Below are positions 19,617 to 28,929 of a stretch of 37,639 nt of DNA, piece by piece. Source of the stretch: Rhodoferax sp. (GTDB lineage Bacteria > Pseudomonadota > Gammaproteobacteria > Burkholderiales > Burkholderiaceae_C); assembly GCA_043758575.1 (NCBI GenBank), contig JAYVNF010000261.1, positions 1-37,639 of the forward strand. The letters are read 5' to 3'. Numbering within the stretch: position 1 is the first letter of the stretch; the number at the start of each line of letters is the position of its first letter. A program made the translations under genes and the position numbers. The notes below the pieces were generated by a model. It was not told the origin of the DNA. It saw nothing but the letters and a program-made list of their open reading frames with translations, and ran no database searches.

Positions 19617-19637
19617 GCGGCGGCTGGCACTCAGCCT

Positions 19638-20450
19638 TTAACGCAGCAGCGCCAACACGCTTTGCGGACCCTGGTTGGCCTGCGCCACCATGGCCGTACC
19701 AGCTTGTTGCAGCACCTGGGCGCGTGACAGGTTGGCGGTTTCCGCAGCGTAGTCAGCATCCATGATGCGTCCGTGGGCAGCAGCCGAGTTTTCCGACGAC
19801 ACCCGCAGGTTGGCAATCACAGTGTCAAAACGGTTCTGGGTAGCACCCCAGGTAGCACGGGCCGAGGTCACGGTGTTGATGTCTGCATCTATCGCCGAGA
19901 TCTGGGCGTAGGCGGTAGACGATGCGGTACCCAGGGAGGTGGCAGTACCCGAGAAGCTAGTGGCTGTGACCTGAATCTGGTCATTGCTCGCAACCTGATT
20001 GGCACCCACCTGAAAGGTGAAGGTGGTGTTGGCAGTGCCAATCACGGACTGGCTGTTGAACGAGGTAGCAGAGGCCACACGCGCATTTTCAGAGGCCAGC
20101 AGCTTGTACTCGTTGTCCAGGGAAGCAACGTCAGCCGAGGTGTTGGTGCCGTTGGAGGCCTGCACAGCGAGTTCACGCATGCGCTGCAGGTTGTTGGAGA
20201 TGGCGCCCAGTGCGCCTTCAGCGGTTTGCGCCAGAGAGATCGCGTCGTTGGCGTTGCGGATGGCAACGTTCATGCCGCGGGTCTGGGAGTCCATGCGCTC
20301 GGCAATGGCCAGGCCGGCAGCGTCGTCCTTGGCGCTGTTAACGCGAAGACCAGACGACAGACGCGCCATCGAGGTCGACAGCGAATTGGCTGTCATGGAC
20401 AGGTTGCGCTGAGCGGTCAGCGAGTTGATGTTTGTGTTGATACCCGACAT
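19638..20450 (-). CDS. fliC: Flagellin (270 aa, minimal variable region)
   Basis: [35 protein letters not shown] and [24 protein letters not shown]; AGGAG RBS before ATG 20450. Confidence 0.97.
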   Translation of the reverse strand: MSGINTNINSLTAQRNLSMTANSLSTSMARLSSGLRVNSAKDDAAGLAIAERMDSQTRGMNVAIRNANDAISLAQTAEGALGAISNNLQRMRELAVQASNGTNTSADVASLDNEYKLLASENARVASATSFNSQSVIGTANTTFTFQVGANQVASNDQIQVTATSFSGTATSLGTASSTAYAQISAIDADINTVTSARATWGATQNRFDTVIANLRVSSENSAAAHGRIMDADYAAETANLSRAQVLQQAGTAMVAQANQGPQSVLALLR

Positions 20451-20585
20451 GTGAGGCTCCTTCAAAGATTAAAAAATCCGGCAATGCTGCCAATCGCAAT
20501 TCCAACCCGGAGGTTGGCGTTTTGACCGGAGCACCGTGAGGCACCTACCGGACGACGAGCCATTCAATCTGACCCGTTAGCTTTG

Positions 20586-20614
20586 TTTTCGGAGCAATCC
20601 CGGCAGAACTTTAG
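20586..20614 (-). promoter_or_regulatory. Putative sigma-28 promoter for the leftward flagellin
   Basis: Minus strand reads CTAAAG-N15-TCCGAAAA, close to the TAAA-N15-GCCGATAA consensus. Confidence 0.6.
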
Positions 20615-20801
20615 TTTTATTTGCATAAAAGCCGGGACCGGTGCAATCCAAAGGCCAGAAGAAGGCGGCTTTTGTCCGTTTTATCGGCCTTACATCCCGG
20701 CCGCCTCTGATCAGAATTCATTCACCTTGTTACCAAGACCCACGGGGAGCTGACTCAGATCTGCGTTTGCTCCGGACTTCGCAGTTTTTAAGGAGTTTTC
20801 G

Positions 20802-21614
20802 ATGGCTACCATCAACACCAATATCAATTCCCTGAACGCCCAGCGTTCCCTGGCCAACAGTGCCAATTCCCTCTCCGTGTCCATGGCCCGGCTCTCTTCG
20901 GGCCTGCGCGTCAACAGTGCCAAGGACGATGCCGCTGGCCTGGCCATTGCCGAGCGCATGGACACCCAAACGCGCGGCATGAACGTGGCCATCCGCAATG
21001 CCAACGACGGCATTTCCCTGGCGCAGACCGCTGAAGGCGCACTGGGGGCCATCTCCAACAACCTGCAGCGCATGCGCGAACTCGCGGTGCAGGCCGCCAA
21101 CGGCTCCAACAATTCCTCCGACATCCAGTCCCTGGACAACGAGTACAAGCTCCTGGCCGCAGAAAACGCCCGCGTGGCCAGCTCCACCACCTTCAACGGC
21201 ACTACTGTTATCGGCACCACCGGCTCAACCTATAGCTTCCAGATCGGCGCCAATGCCGTGAGCCAGAACGACACGCTGACCGTCACCGGCTCCAGCTTCT
21301 CCGGCACCGCCACCTCCCTGGGCACGGCCAACAGCACCGCCTTTGCGCAAATTTCGCTGTTGGATGCGGACATCAACACCGTCACCTCGGCCCGTGCCAC
21401 CTGGGGCGCCACGCAGAACCGCTTTGACACCGTGATCACCAATCTGCGCGTGGGTGCGGAAAATTCGGCCGCCGCGCGTGGACGCATCATGGATGCCGAC
21501 TACGCCGCTGAAACCGCCAACCTGTCGCGCGCCCAGGTGCTGCAACAAGCTGGCACGGCCATGGTGGCGCAGGCCAACTCTTCGCCCCAGATGGTGTTGC
21601 AGCTGCTGAAGTAG
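20802..21614 (+). CDS. fliC: Flagellin paralogue (270 aa)
   Basis: Same conserved N- and C-terminal flagellin domains; AAGGAG RBS. Confidence 0.97.
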   Translation: MATINTNINSLNAQRSLANSANSLSVSMARLSSGLRVNSAKDDAAGLAIAERMDTQTRGMNVAIRNANDGISLAQTAEGALGAISNNLQRMRELAVQAANGSNNSSDIQSLDNEYKLLAAENARVASSTTFNGTTVIGTTGSTYSFQIGANAVSQNDTLTVTGSSFSGTATSLGTANSTAFAQISLLDADINTVTSARATWGATQNRFDTVITNLRVGAENSAAARGRIMDADYAAETANLSRAQVLQQAGTAMVAQANSSPQMVLQLLK

Positions 21615-21629
21615 CAGCAATAATCCCCC

Positions 21630-24600
21630 ATGCCAAGCACCCAACGCAGCAGCGCAAGACGGCCCCAACCGCGAGCCCAGGAGCTGGACCGGCTGGCGCT
21701 TCTTTTCAAAGAAGGCCCAAGCACTGCAGCAGAGGCGCTGGCAAGGTCGCTCACCGAGCGTTTCCCCGAGCATGGTTTTGCCTGGAAGGTGCTGGGCGTG
21801 ACCCTGCTGCAGCAGCAGCACTTTGCTGAGTCGGTGGAGGCCAGTCTGCAGGCTGTTCCCCTGCTGCCCGATGATGCTTCGACCCATAACAACCTGGGTG
21901 CAGCCTACCTGGGCCTGGAGCAAATCAGCCAGGCCGAGGCCTGTTTCAGGCAAGCCCTGGAGATTGCGCCGGGCTATGCCAAGGCGCATTTCAACCTCAG
22001 CCGGGCCTTGCGCGTACAAAACCAGTGGCACGACGCGGAGCTGCATTGCCGCAGCGCACTGGAGAGCGACCCGGCCTACGCCAGCGCCCATTTCAACCTG
22101 GGCAACCTGCTGGAGTTGCAGAACCGCATTCCCGAGGCCATCGCCAGCTACCGTGCCGCACTCGCCCTGGAGCCTGGCAATACCCAGATGTTCAGCGACA
22201 TGCTGCACCTGATGAGCCACGATGTGCACACCACGGCCAGCGACAACCTGCAGGCACACCGCCAGTTCGGCCAGCAGTTCGAGACCGCCCTGCGCAGCCA
22301 CTGGCAGACCCACCCCAATAGCCAACAGGCCGAGCGCCAGATCCGGGTCGGCTTTGTCAGCAGCGATGTCTATGACCATGCGCTGGCCAACTACCTGGAG
22401 CCGCTGTTTCGCCTGCTCAACCGCAAGCCAGGGCTGGAGGTGCACCTCTACTTCACCCACGCCAAGGAAGACAGTGTGACCAGCCGCATGCGCGGCTACT
22501 TCACGCACTGGCATGACGTCGCCGCCCTGAGCGACGAGGCGCTGGCGCAGCAGATTCGCAGCGATGCCATCGACATTCTGGTGGACGTCAACGGCCACAC
22601 CGTGCTCAACCGCCTGCTCACCTTCGCCCGCAAGCCAGCACCGATCCAGATCAGCTGGCTGGGCTACCTGGGCACCTCCGGCCTGCAGGCCATGGACTAC
22701 TACGTCAGCGACCCTTACTGGATACCACCGGGCCAGCTCGACTGGCAGTTCATGGAAAAAATGGCCTACCTGCCCAGCGCCGTGGTGTTCGAGCCCAATG
22801 CCAACGCCCCGGCTGTCAACGCACTGCCCGCACTCAGCAAGGGCCACATCACCTTTGGCAGCTTCAACCGCCACAACAAGCTCAACGACGCGGTGATTGC
22901 GCTATGGTCGCTGTTACTGAACCGCCTGCCCGACGCCGAGCTCAAGCTCGGTGGCATTCCCGAGGCCCAGCGCCCGGGTCTGCAGCAGCGCTTCCAGGAG
23001 CAAGGCGTGGCACCCGAGCGGCTGGCGTTTTTCGGCCGCTCCATCCAGACCGAGTACCTGGCGCTGCACCACCAGGTGGACTTTTGCCTGGACACCTTTC
23101 CCTTTTGCGGCGGCGCCACCAGCGCCCATGCGGCCTGGATGGGCGTGCCCACCCTGACCCTGGCTGGCGAGCTGCCCGCCAGCCGCCTGGGTGCGGCCGA
23201 GATGCACCATCTGGGCCTGGACGATTTTGTCGCCGACACGATTGAAGACTTTGTCGCCAAGGGCCTGTACTGGGCCACGCACACGGCTGAGCTGGCGGTC
23301 CTGCGTGCGGACTTGCGCGCACGCTTCAGCCAGTCCGCACTGGGCCAGACCCTGGCCTTTGCCAACCATTTCGAAGCCATGCTGCGCAGCATGTGGCAGC
23401 GCTGGTGCCAGGGCCTGGCGCCCGCGTCGTTTCAGGTCGAGGCCAGCGCCGTGGCCGCCCTGACCGATTCTCCCGCAGCGGCAACCACCACGGCCACGGA
23501 ACCTTCGGACGCCGTGCAAGAAGACCTGCTCAACCTCTACGCCCGCCAGGAGTACGCGCAAGTGGAAGCATTGGCGCGCCAGCTCACGCGGGACTTTCCG
23601 GAACACGGTGCTGGCTGGAAATACCTGGGTGCGGCCCTGCGCCAACTCGGGCGCATCAGCGAAGCGCTGGAGGTGCAAAAGCACACCGTGGGCATGCGCC
23701 CGGATGACTACGAGGCCCACTTCAACCTGGCCGCCGAGCTGCAACAGCAAGGCCTGTTTGACGAGGCAGTACGCAGCTACCTGCAGGCACTCAGCCTGCA
23801 GCCCAACAACCCCACGGCCTACAACAACCTCTCCAACATCTTCAAGCTCATGGGCCTGTTCCCCCAGGCCGAGATGTACTGCCGCCAGGCCCTGGCGCTC
23901 AAGCCCGACATGGTGATTGCGCAGAACAACCTGGGCAACGCCCTGCATGCACAGGGCAAATTTGCCGAGGCCGAAACCCATTACCGCGCAGCCCTGGCGC
24001 AAAAGCCGGACTGGGCCGAGGCCTACAACAACCTGGCGATCTGCCTGAAAGACCAAGGCTATGGCAGCGAGGCCAAGGAAGCCTACCGCAAGGCCCTGTC
24101 GCTCAAGGCCGACTGGGCCGCCGCGCGCAGCAACCTGCTGTTCTCCCTCAGCCTGGATGTGCAAACCCCGCCTGGAGAGCTGCATGCCGAGCACCTGCTG
24201 TTTGGCCAGCTGTTTGAGCCCGCGTTGCAAGCAGCGCGCACACCGCACCGCAATGACAAGAACCCGGAGCGCTGTCTGCAGATCGGCTTTGTGTCCGGCG
24301 ACCTGTATGACCACGCACTGGCCAACTTCCTGGAACCCATCTTCAAGGGCCTGGCCAACAAGCCCGACCTGCAACTGCACGCCTACTACAGCCATATCTA
24401 CGAGGACGCGGCCACGCTGCGCATGCGCGGCTACTTCCATGCCTGGAACAAGGTGGTGGACCTCTCCGAAGAGGCCCTGGCCGCCAAGATCCGCGCCGAC
24501 CAGATCGACATCCTGATCGACCTCTCGGGCCACACCGCACACAACCGCATGCTGACCTTTGCACGCAAACCAGCACCGGTACAGGCCAGCTACCTGGGCT

Positions 24601-27600
24601 ATCTGGGCACGACCGGCCTGCAGGCCATGGACTACTTTGTCTGCGACCGCTTCTGGGTGCCGCCGGGCCAGCTGAACTGGCAATTCACCGAAAAAATGGC
24701 CTACCTGCCCGGCGCCGTGGTGTTCGAGGCTAGCCCGCATGCGGCCGAAGTGAACGCCCTGCCGGCCTTGCACAACGGCTACATCACCTTTGGCAGCTTC
24801 AACCGGCCCAACAAGCTCAACCCCTCGGTGATTGCCCTGTGGTCCATGCTGCTGCAAGCCGTGCCCAATGCGCGCATGGTGCTCGGCGGCATTGCCCCGG
24901 AGCGCCAGGAAGATCTGTACCGCCGCTTCATGGAAAACGGTGTGGACATCGCTCGCCTGACCTTCTTCGCCCGCTCCAACATCAAGGACTACCTGGCGCT
25001 GCACCACCAGGTGGACTTTTGCCTGGACACCTTTCCCTATGGCGGCGGCGCCACCAATGCCAATGCCGCCTGGATGGGCGTGCCCACCCTGTGCCTGGCC
25101 GGTGACAGCCCGGCCAGCCGCTTTGGCCCCAGCGAAATGCACGGCCTGGGCCTGGACGATTTTGTCGCCGACAGCATTGACGATTTTGTTGCCAAGGGTG
25201 TGCACTGGGCCCAGAACATCCCGACCCTGGCTGCCCTGCGCTCGGACCTGCGCGCGCGCTTCCAGGCTTCGACCATGGGCCAGACCGCGCAGTTTGCTGA
25301 CGCTTTCAGCGGCCTCTTGCGCAGCATGTGGCGGCGCTGGTGCCAGGACCTGCCGGCAGACACCTTGGGTCTAGACCGCAACAGCGACGCCGCAGGCGAC
25401 GCCAGCCCAGCCCCTGGTGCCAGCCAACGCTCTGATGACCATGCCGAGGAACAAGCCGGCGCACTCAACAATCAGGGCGTGCAGTGCATGACTCAGGAGC
25501 GCCTGGCCGACGCCGAACAGGCACTGCGCCAGGCGCTGGAGCTGCTGCCCGACTACAACAAGGCCCGGGTCAACCTGGCCACCGTGTTGCGCCTGCAGGG
25601 CGACTACGCGGGCGCCGAGGCGCTGAGTCGCCAGGCCGTGCAGCAGGACGCCAGCGATGCCGCCGCGCTGATTGAGCTCGGCAATGCGCTGGAGGCCCAG
25701 AACCAGCTCTCGCAGGCCCAAGCCTGCTACTACCGTGCCGACATGGCCCATGAGCCGCGCCGCGCCGTGGCCCATAGCAATGTGCTGTACCTGATGAACC
25801 ACGATGTGCTGGTCGATCCGCAGCACCTGTTTGAAGAGCACCGGGGCTTTGGCGAACTATTTGAAACACCCCTGCAAGCGCAGTGGCTGGCCCACGCCAA
25901 TGGGCGAGACCCGGCGCGCGTGCTGCAGATCGGTTTTGTCTCGGGCGACTTTTGCCACCACGCCCTCAATGGCTTTGTGGAACCAGCACTGGCGGCCCTG
26001 GCACAGCGCCCGGGCCTGGCGCTCCACGCCTATTCTAATGGCCACGTTCAAGACGCTGTGACGGCCCGCATGCGTCCGCACTTCAGCCATTGGACAGATG
26101 TCAGCGGTCTGGATGATGAGGCGCTGGCCGCACGCATACGCGGCGATGGCATCGACGTGTTGGTCGACCTGTGTGGCCATACCGCACGCAACCGCTTGTT
26201 GACCTTTGCGCGCAAACCGGCGCCGCAGCAAATCAGCTGGCTCGGCCACCTGGGCAGCAGCGGCCTGCGGGCCATGGACTACTACCTGTGCGACCCCTTC
26301 TGGATCCCACCCGGCGAACTGGATTGGCAGTTCACCGAAAAGCCGCTGTATGTGCCCCAGGCCATGGTGTTCCAGGGCGATGCGCTGGCGCCAGCAGTGA
26401 ACCCCCTACCAGCCCTGGGCAGGGGCCAGTTCACCTTTGGCAGCTTCAACCGCATCAACAAAATCAATGACGCAGTGGTGGCGCTGTGGTCCCTGGCGCT
26501 GCAGGCCGTGCCGCAGTCACGCCTGCTGCTGGCCGGTATCGAAGAGAGCAGCCGCGCCCACCTCACAACGCTGTTTGCCGAGCACGGCATAGAGTCCAGC
26601 CGGCTGGATTATCAGCCCCGGCTGGCCACTGCCGACTATTTGCAACTGCACCATGCAGTGGATGTGTGCCTGGACAGCTACCCCCATGGTGGCGGCGCCA
26701 CCACCGCCCATGCGGCCTGGATGGGCGTGCCCACCCTGTGCCTGGCCGGTGTGACGCCGGCCAGCCGCTTCAGCGCCACGCTGATGCACCACCTGGGGCT
26801 GGATGGTTTCATCAGCCACAGCATCGAAGACTTTGTGGCCTGTGCTGCCCGCTGGGGCAATGACCTGGCGGCCCTGGCCGACGTTCGCGGCGGCCTGCGT
26901 GCGCGCTTTCTGGCCTCTCCGCTGCAGCAGCACGCGGCCTTTGGCGAAGCGTTCGAGGAGGCGCTGCGCCAGGCCTGGTCGCTGTGGTGTGCAACACCTG
27001 CCGTTTCCAATGCCACACCGTTGACTTCAGCGGGCGCGACTGCTACGCCAGCGCCTGCCCCGGCGCCTGCCATGCCTGACCTGGCCAGCGCCCTTAGCGC
27101 ACTGGCCGAGGACAACGAAAACAACGGTGACGCCGAGGCTGCCGCCTGCCTGTACCGCGAAGTGCTCAAGCTGCAGCCCGACCATGCCGCCGTCAGCTAC
27201 CGCCTGGGCCTGCTGGAGGTGCGCCTGCTGGGCGCAGTCGCCGCCCTGCCGCGCTTTGAGCTGGCCATAGAAAAAGCACCGCAGCACGAGCTGCACTGGG
27301 TTGGCTATATCGACACGCTGATCCAGACCGGTGCACTGGAAACCGCCGTCTCGGCACTCGAGGCTGGCCAGCAGTTTGGCCTCTCTGCGGCCACTGCCGA
27401 CGCGATCGCCGCCGAATGCGTGGCCCAGCTGGAACGCAGGCTCAATCCCGAACCGGTAGAGCCCGCCAGCATCTATTCCGAAGAGGAACTGGCCTGGCCT
27501 GCCGCCCCCGTCTGGCCCGAAGTCCCCAGCAGCCAGAGTGCCAATCTGGATTACATCCGCCTGCCGGCCCACACCACAGCACGCCGCTATGTCATCTACG

Positions 27601-28274
27601 CGCCGTTTTACCGCCACAACAGCGCTGGCATCCGGGTCCTATATGACCTGCAGAAGTGGCTGCTGCTGGCCGGCTTCGACGCCATCGTCATTGCCGCCAT
27701 CCACGGCTATGCGCCCGACCAGTTTGCTGACGACATCGTCATCTACCCCGAGGTGGTATTTGGCAACCCGCTGCAGGCCAGGCGGGTGGTGCGCTACATC
27801 CTGAACGTGCCGGGCAAACTGGGCGGCAGCAAGGACTATGCGCCCCATGAACTGAAGGTGGCCTACAACGAGCTGCTGGCCGAGCACGCCGACGGACACG
27901 TGCTCAACGTGCCCACCATAGAGCCCTTCTTCTGCCCCGCGCCAGAGCCCAAGACCAAGCTGGCCGTGTATGTCGGCAAGGGCCAGGACCTCAAGCTGCA
28001 CCCGGAAGAATGCATTTACATCACGCGCGCCTTTCCCAGCTCGCGCCGCGAAGTTGCCAAACTGCTGCAGCAGGTGAAGACCTTTTACCTGTATGACAAC
28101 TTCACCGCCATTGGGGCCGAGGCCCTGCTGTGCGGCTGTGAGGTTCTTGTGATACAAGCCGATGGCAGCTTCACCAAGCTGCCGCGCAGCATTCTGGAGA
28201 CAGTTACGAGCTCACGCAACAGCTTCCGGGCCGAGCTGCACGACCTGATTGAAATGAGCCAGCGTCTGGGTTAA
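21630..28274 (+). CDS. Giant multi-module flagellin O-glycosyltransferase: 3 x (TPR + GT41/SPINDLY-like), then TPR and a C-terminal GT-like domain
   Basis: Three copies each of GFVS-D-HAL, D-GHT, RKPAP-Q-LG, FGSFNR-NK and CLD-P-GGAT-AAWMGVP, each preceded by TPRs (HNNLG, HFNLG, YNNLA). Starts 15 bp after the flagellin gene. Confidence 0.9.
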   Translation: MPSTQRSSARRPQPRAQELDRLALLFKEGPSTAAEALARSLTERFPEHGFAWKVLGVTLLQQQHFAESVEASLQAVPLLPDDASTHNNLGAAYLGLEQISQAEACFRQALEIAPGYAKAHFNLSRALRVQNQWHDAELHCRSALESDPAYASAHFNLGNLLELQNRIPEAIASYRAALALEPGNTQMFSDMLHLMSHDVHTTASDNLQAHRQFGQQFETALRSHWQTHPNSQQAERQIRVGFVSSDVYDHALANYLEPLFRLLNRKPGLEVHLYFTHAKEDSVTSRMRGYFTHWHDVAALSDEALAQQIRSDAIDILVDVNGHTVLNRLLTFARKPAPIQISWLGYLGTSGLQAMDYYVSDPYWIPPGQLDWQFMEKMAYLPSAVVFEPNANAPAVNALPALSKGHITFGSFNRHNKLNDAVIALWSLLLNRLPDAELKLGGIPEAQRPGLQQRFQEQGVAPERLAFFGRSIQTEYLALHHQVDFCLDTFPFCGGATSAHAAWMGVPTLTLAGELPASRLGAAEMHHLGLDDFVADTIEDFVAKGLYWATHTAELAVLRADLRARFSQSALGQTLAFANHFEAMLRSMWQRWCQGLAPASFQVEASAVAALTDSPAAATTTATEPSDAVQEDLLNLYARQEYAQVEALARQLTRDFPEHGAGWKYLGAALRQLGRISEALEVQKHTVGMRPDDYEAHFNLAAELQQQGLFDEAVRSYLQALSLQPNNPTAYNNLSNIFKLMGLFPQAEMYCRQALALKPDMVIAQNNLGNALHAQGKFAEAETHYRAALAQKPDWAEAYNNLAICLKDQGYGSEAKEAYRKALSLKADWAAARSNLLFSLSLDVQTPPGELHAEHLLFGQLFEPALQAARTPHRNDKNPERCLQIGFVSGDLYDHALANFLEPIFKGLANKPDLQLHAYYSHIYEDAATLRMRGYFHAWNKVVDLSEEALAAKIRADQIDILIDLSGHTAHNRMLTFARKPAPVQASYLGYLGTTGLQAMDYFVCDRFWVPPGQLNWQFTEKMAYLPGAVVFEASPHAAEVNALPALHNGYITFGSFNRPNKLNPSVIALWSMLLQAVPNARMVLGGIAPERQEDLYRRFMENGVDIARLTFFARSNIKDYLALHHQVDFCLDTFPYGGGATNANAAWMGVPTLCLAGDSPASRFGPSEMHGLGLDDFVADSIDDFVAKGVHWAQNIPTLAALRSDLRARFQASTMGQTAQFADAFSGLLRSMWRRWCQDLPADTLGLDRNSDAAGDASPAPGASQRSDDHAEEQAGALNNQGVQCMTQERLADAEQALRQALELLPDYNKARVNLATVLRLQGDYAGAEALSRQAVQQDASDAAALIELGNALEAQNQLSQAQACYYRADMAHEPRRAVAHSNVLYLMNHDVLVDPQHLFEEHRGFGELFETPLQAQWLAHANGRDPARVLQIGFVSGDFCHHALNGFVEPALAALAQRPGLALHAYSNGHVQDAVTARMRPHFSHWTDVSGLDDEALAARIRGDGIDVLVDLCGHTARNRLLTFARKPAPQQISWLGHLGSSGLRAMDYYLCDPFWIPPGELDWQFTEKPLYVPQAMVFQGDALAPAVNPLPALGRGQFTFGSFNRINKINDAVVALWSLALQAVPQSRLLLAGIEESSRAHLTTLFAEHGIESSRLDYQPRLATADYLQLHHAVDVCLDSYPHGGGATTAHAAWMGVPTLCLAGVTPASRFSATLMHHLGLDGFISHSIEDFVACAARWGNDLAALADVRGGLRARFLASPLQQHAAFGEAFEEALRQAWSLWCATPAVSNATPLTSAGATATPAPAPAPAMPDLASALSALAEDNENNGDAEAAACLYREVLKLQPDHAAVSYRLGLLEVRLLGAVAALPRFELAIEKAPQHELHWVGYIDTLIQTGALETAVSALEAGQQFGLSAATADAIAAECVAQLERRLNPEPVEPASIYSEEELAWPAAPVWPEVPSSQSANLDYIRLPAHTTARRYVIYAPFYRHNSAGIRVLYDLQKWLLLAGFDAIVIAAIHGYAPDQFADDIVIYPEVVFGNPLQARRVVRYILNVPGKLGGSKDYAPHELKVAYNELLAEHADGHVLNVPTIEPFFCPAPEPKTKLAVYVGKGQDLKLHPEECIYITRAFPSSRREVAKLLQQVKTFYLYDNFTAIGAEALLCGCEVLVIQADGSFTKLPRSILETVTSSRNSFRAELHDLIEMSQRLG

Positions 28275-28284
28275 AAAGGGCCGC

Positions 28285-28929
28285 TCAGGCGGCTTGCGCC
28301 AGATAGCACAGTTGCTGCGCCAGCTGCGCTATCTGGGGACCTGCGTCGGCGCAGCTGGCGCTGCCAAAACCCCAGGGCGCCAACGCAAAGCGCAGCCCGG
28401 CGGCAGCGGCGGCCACGGCGTCTTCATCGCGGTCACCGATGTAGATAGCCGCTGCAGCCGCAATGCCCTCCAGCTGCAGCAGGCGCACCAGCAGTTCACC
28501 CTTGTCCCGTGCGCGCGGCTGCAGCGCATCCAGCGCGTACAGGCCCTGGAACAGGGGCGTCCAACCCAGATGCGCCACGATGCTGCGCGTGGGAGCAATG
28601 CGCTTGTTGGTAGCAATATAGAGGCGCAGCTGCTGCGCCCGCAGGTCGGCCAAGAGCGCTGCGATACCGTCGAAGACCCGGGTCTGCCGGTAGCCCTCCA
28701 GGTCATAGTGCTGCTTGAACGACTGCACCAGCGCCGCCCGGGTAAGAGCGTCCACGCCGCCGGTCAACAAGCCCATGGTGGCCTCCAGCGGCGGGCCAAT
28801 CAGGTCGCGCGTCAGCGGCACGTTGGGCGTGCAGCCGTGCTGCGCCAGCGCGGCGCCATAGGCCGCCAAAATGCTGCGCTCGCTGTCAATCAGCGTGCCA
28901 TCCAGATCGAAGATGACGGTGGTGATCAT
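28285..28929 (-). CDS. HAD-superfamily phosphatase (Gph-like)
   Basis: Motif I FDLDGTLIDS, motif II ATNK, motif IV YIGDRDED. Start overlaps the SDR stop (ATGA). Confidence 0.9.
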   Translation of the reverse strand: MITTVIFDLDGTLIDSERSILAAYGAALAQHGCTPNVPLTRDLIGPPLEATMGLLTGGVDALTRAALVQSFKQHYDLEGYRQTRVFDGIAALLADLRAQQLRLYIATNKRIAPTRSIVAHLGWTPLFQGLYALDALQPRARDKGELLVRLLQLEGIAAAAAIYIGDRDEDAVAAAAAGLRFALAPWGFGSASCADAGPQIAQLAQQLCYLAQAA

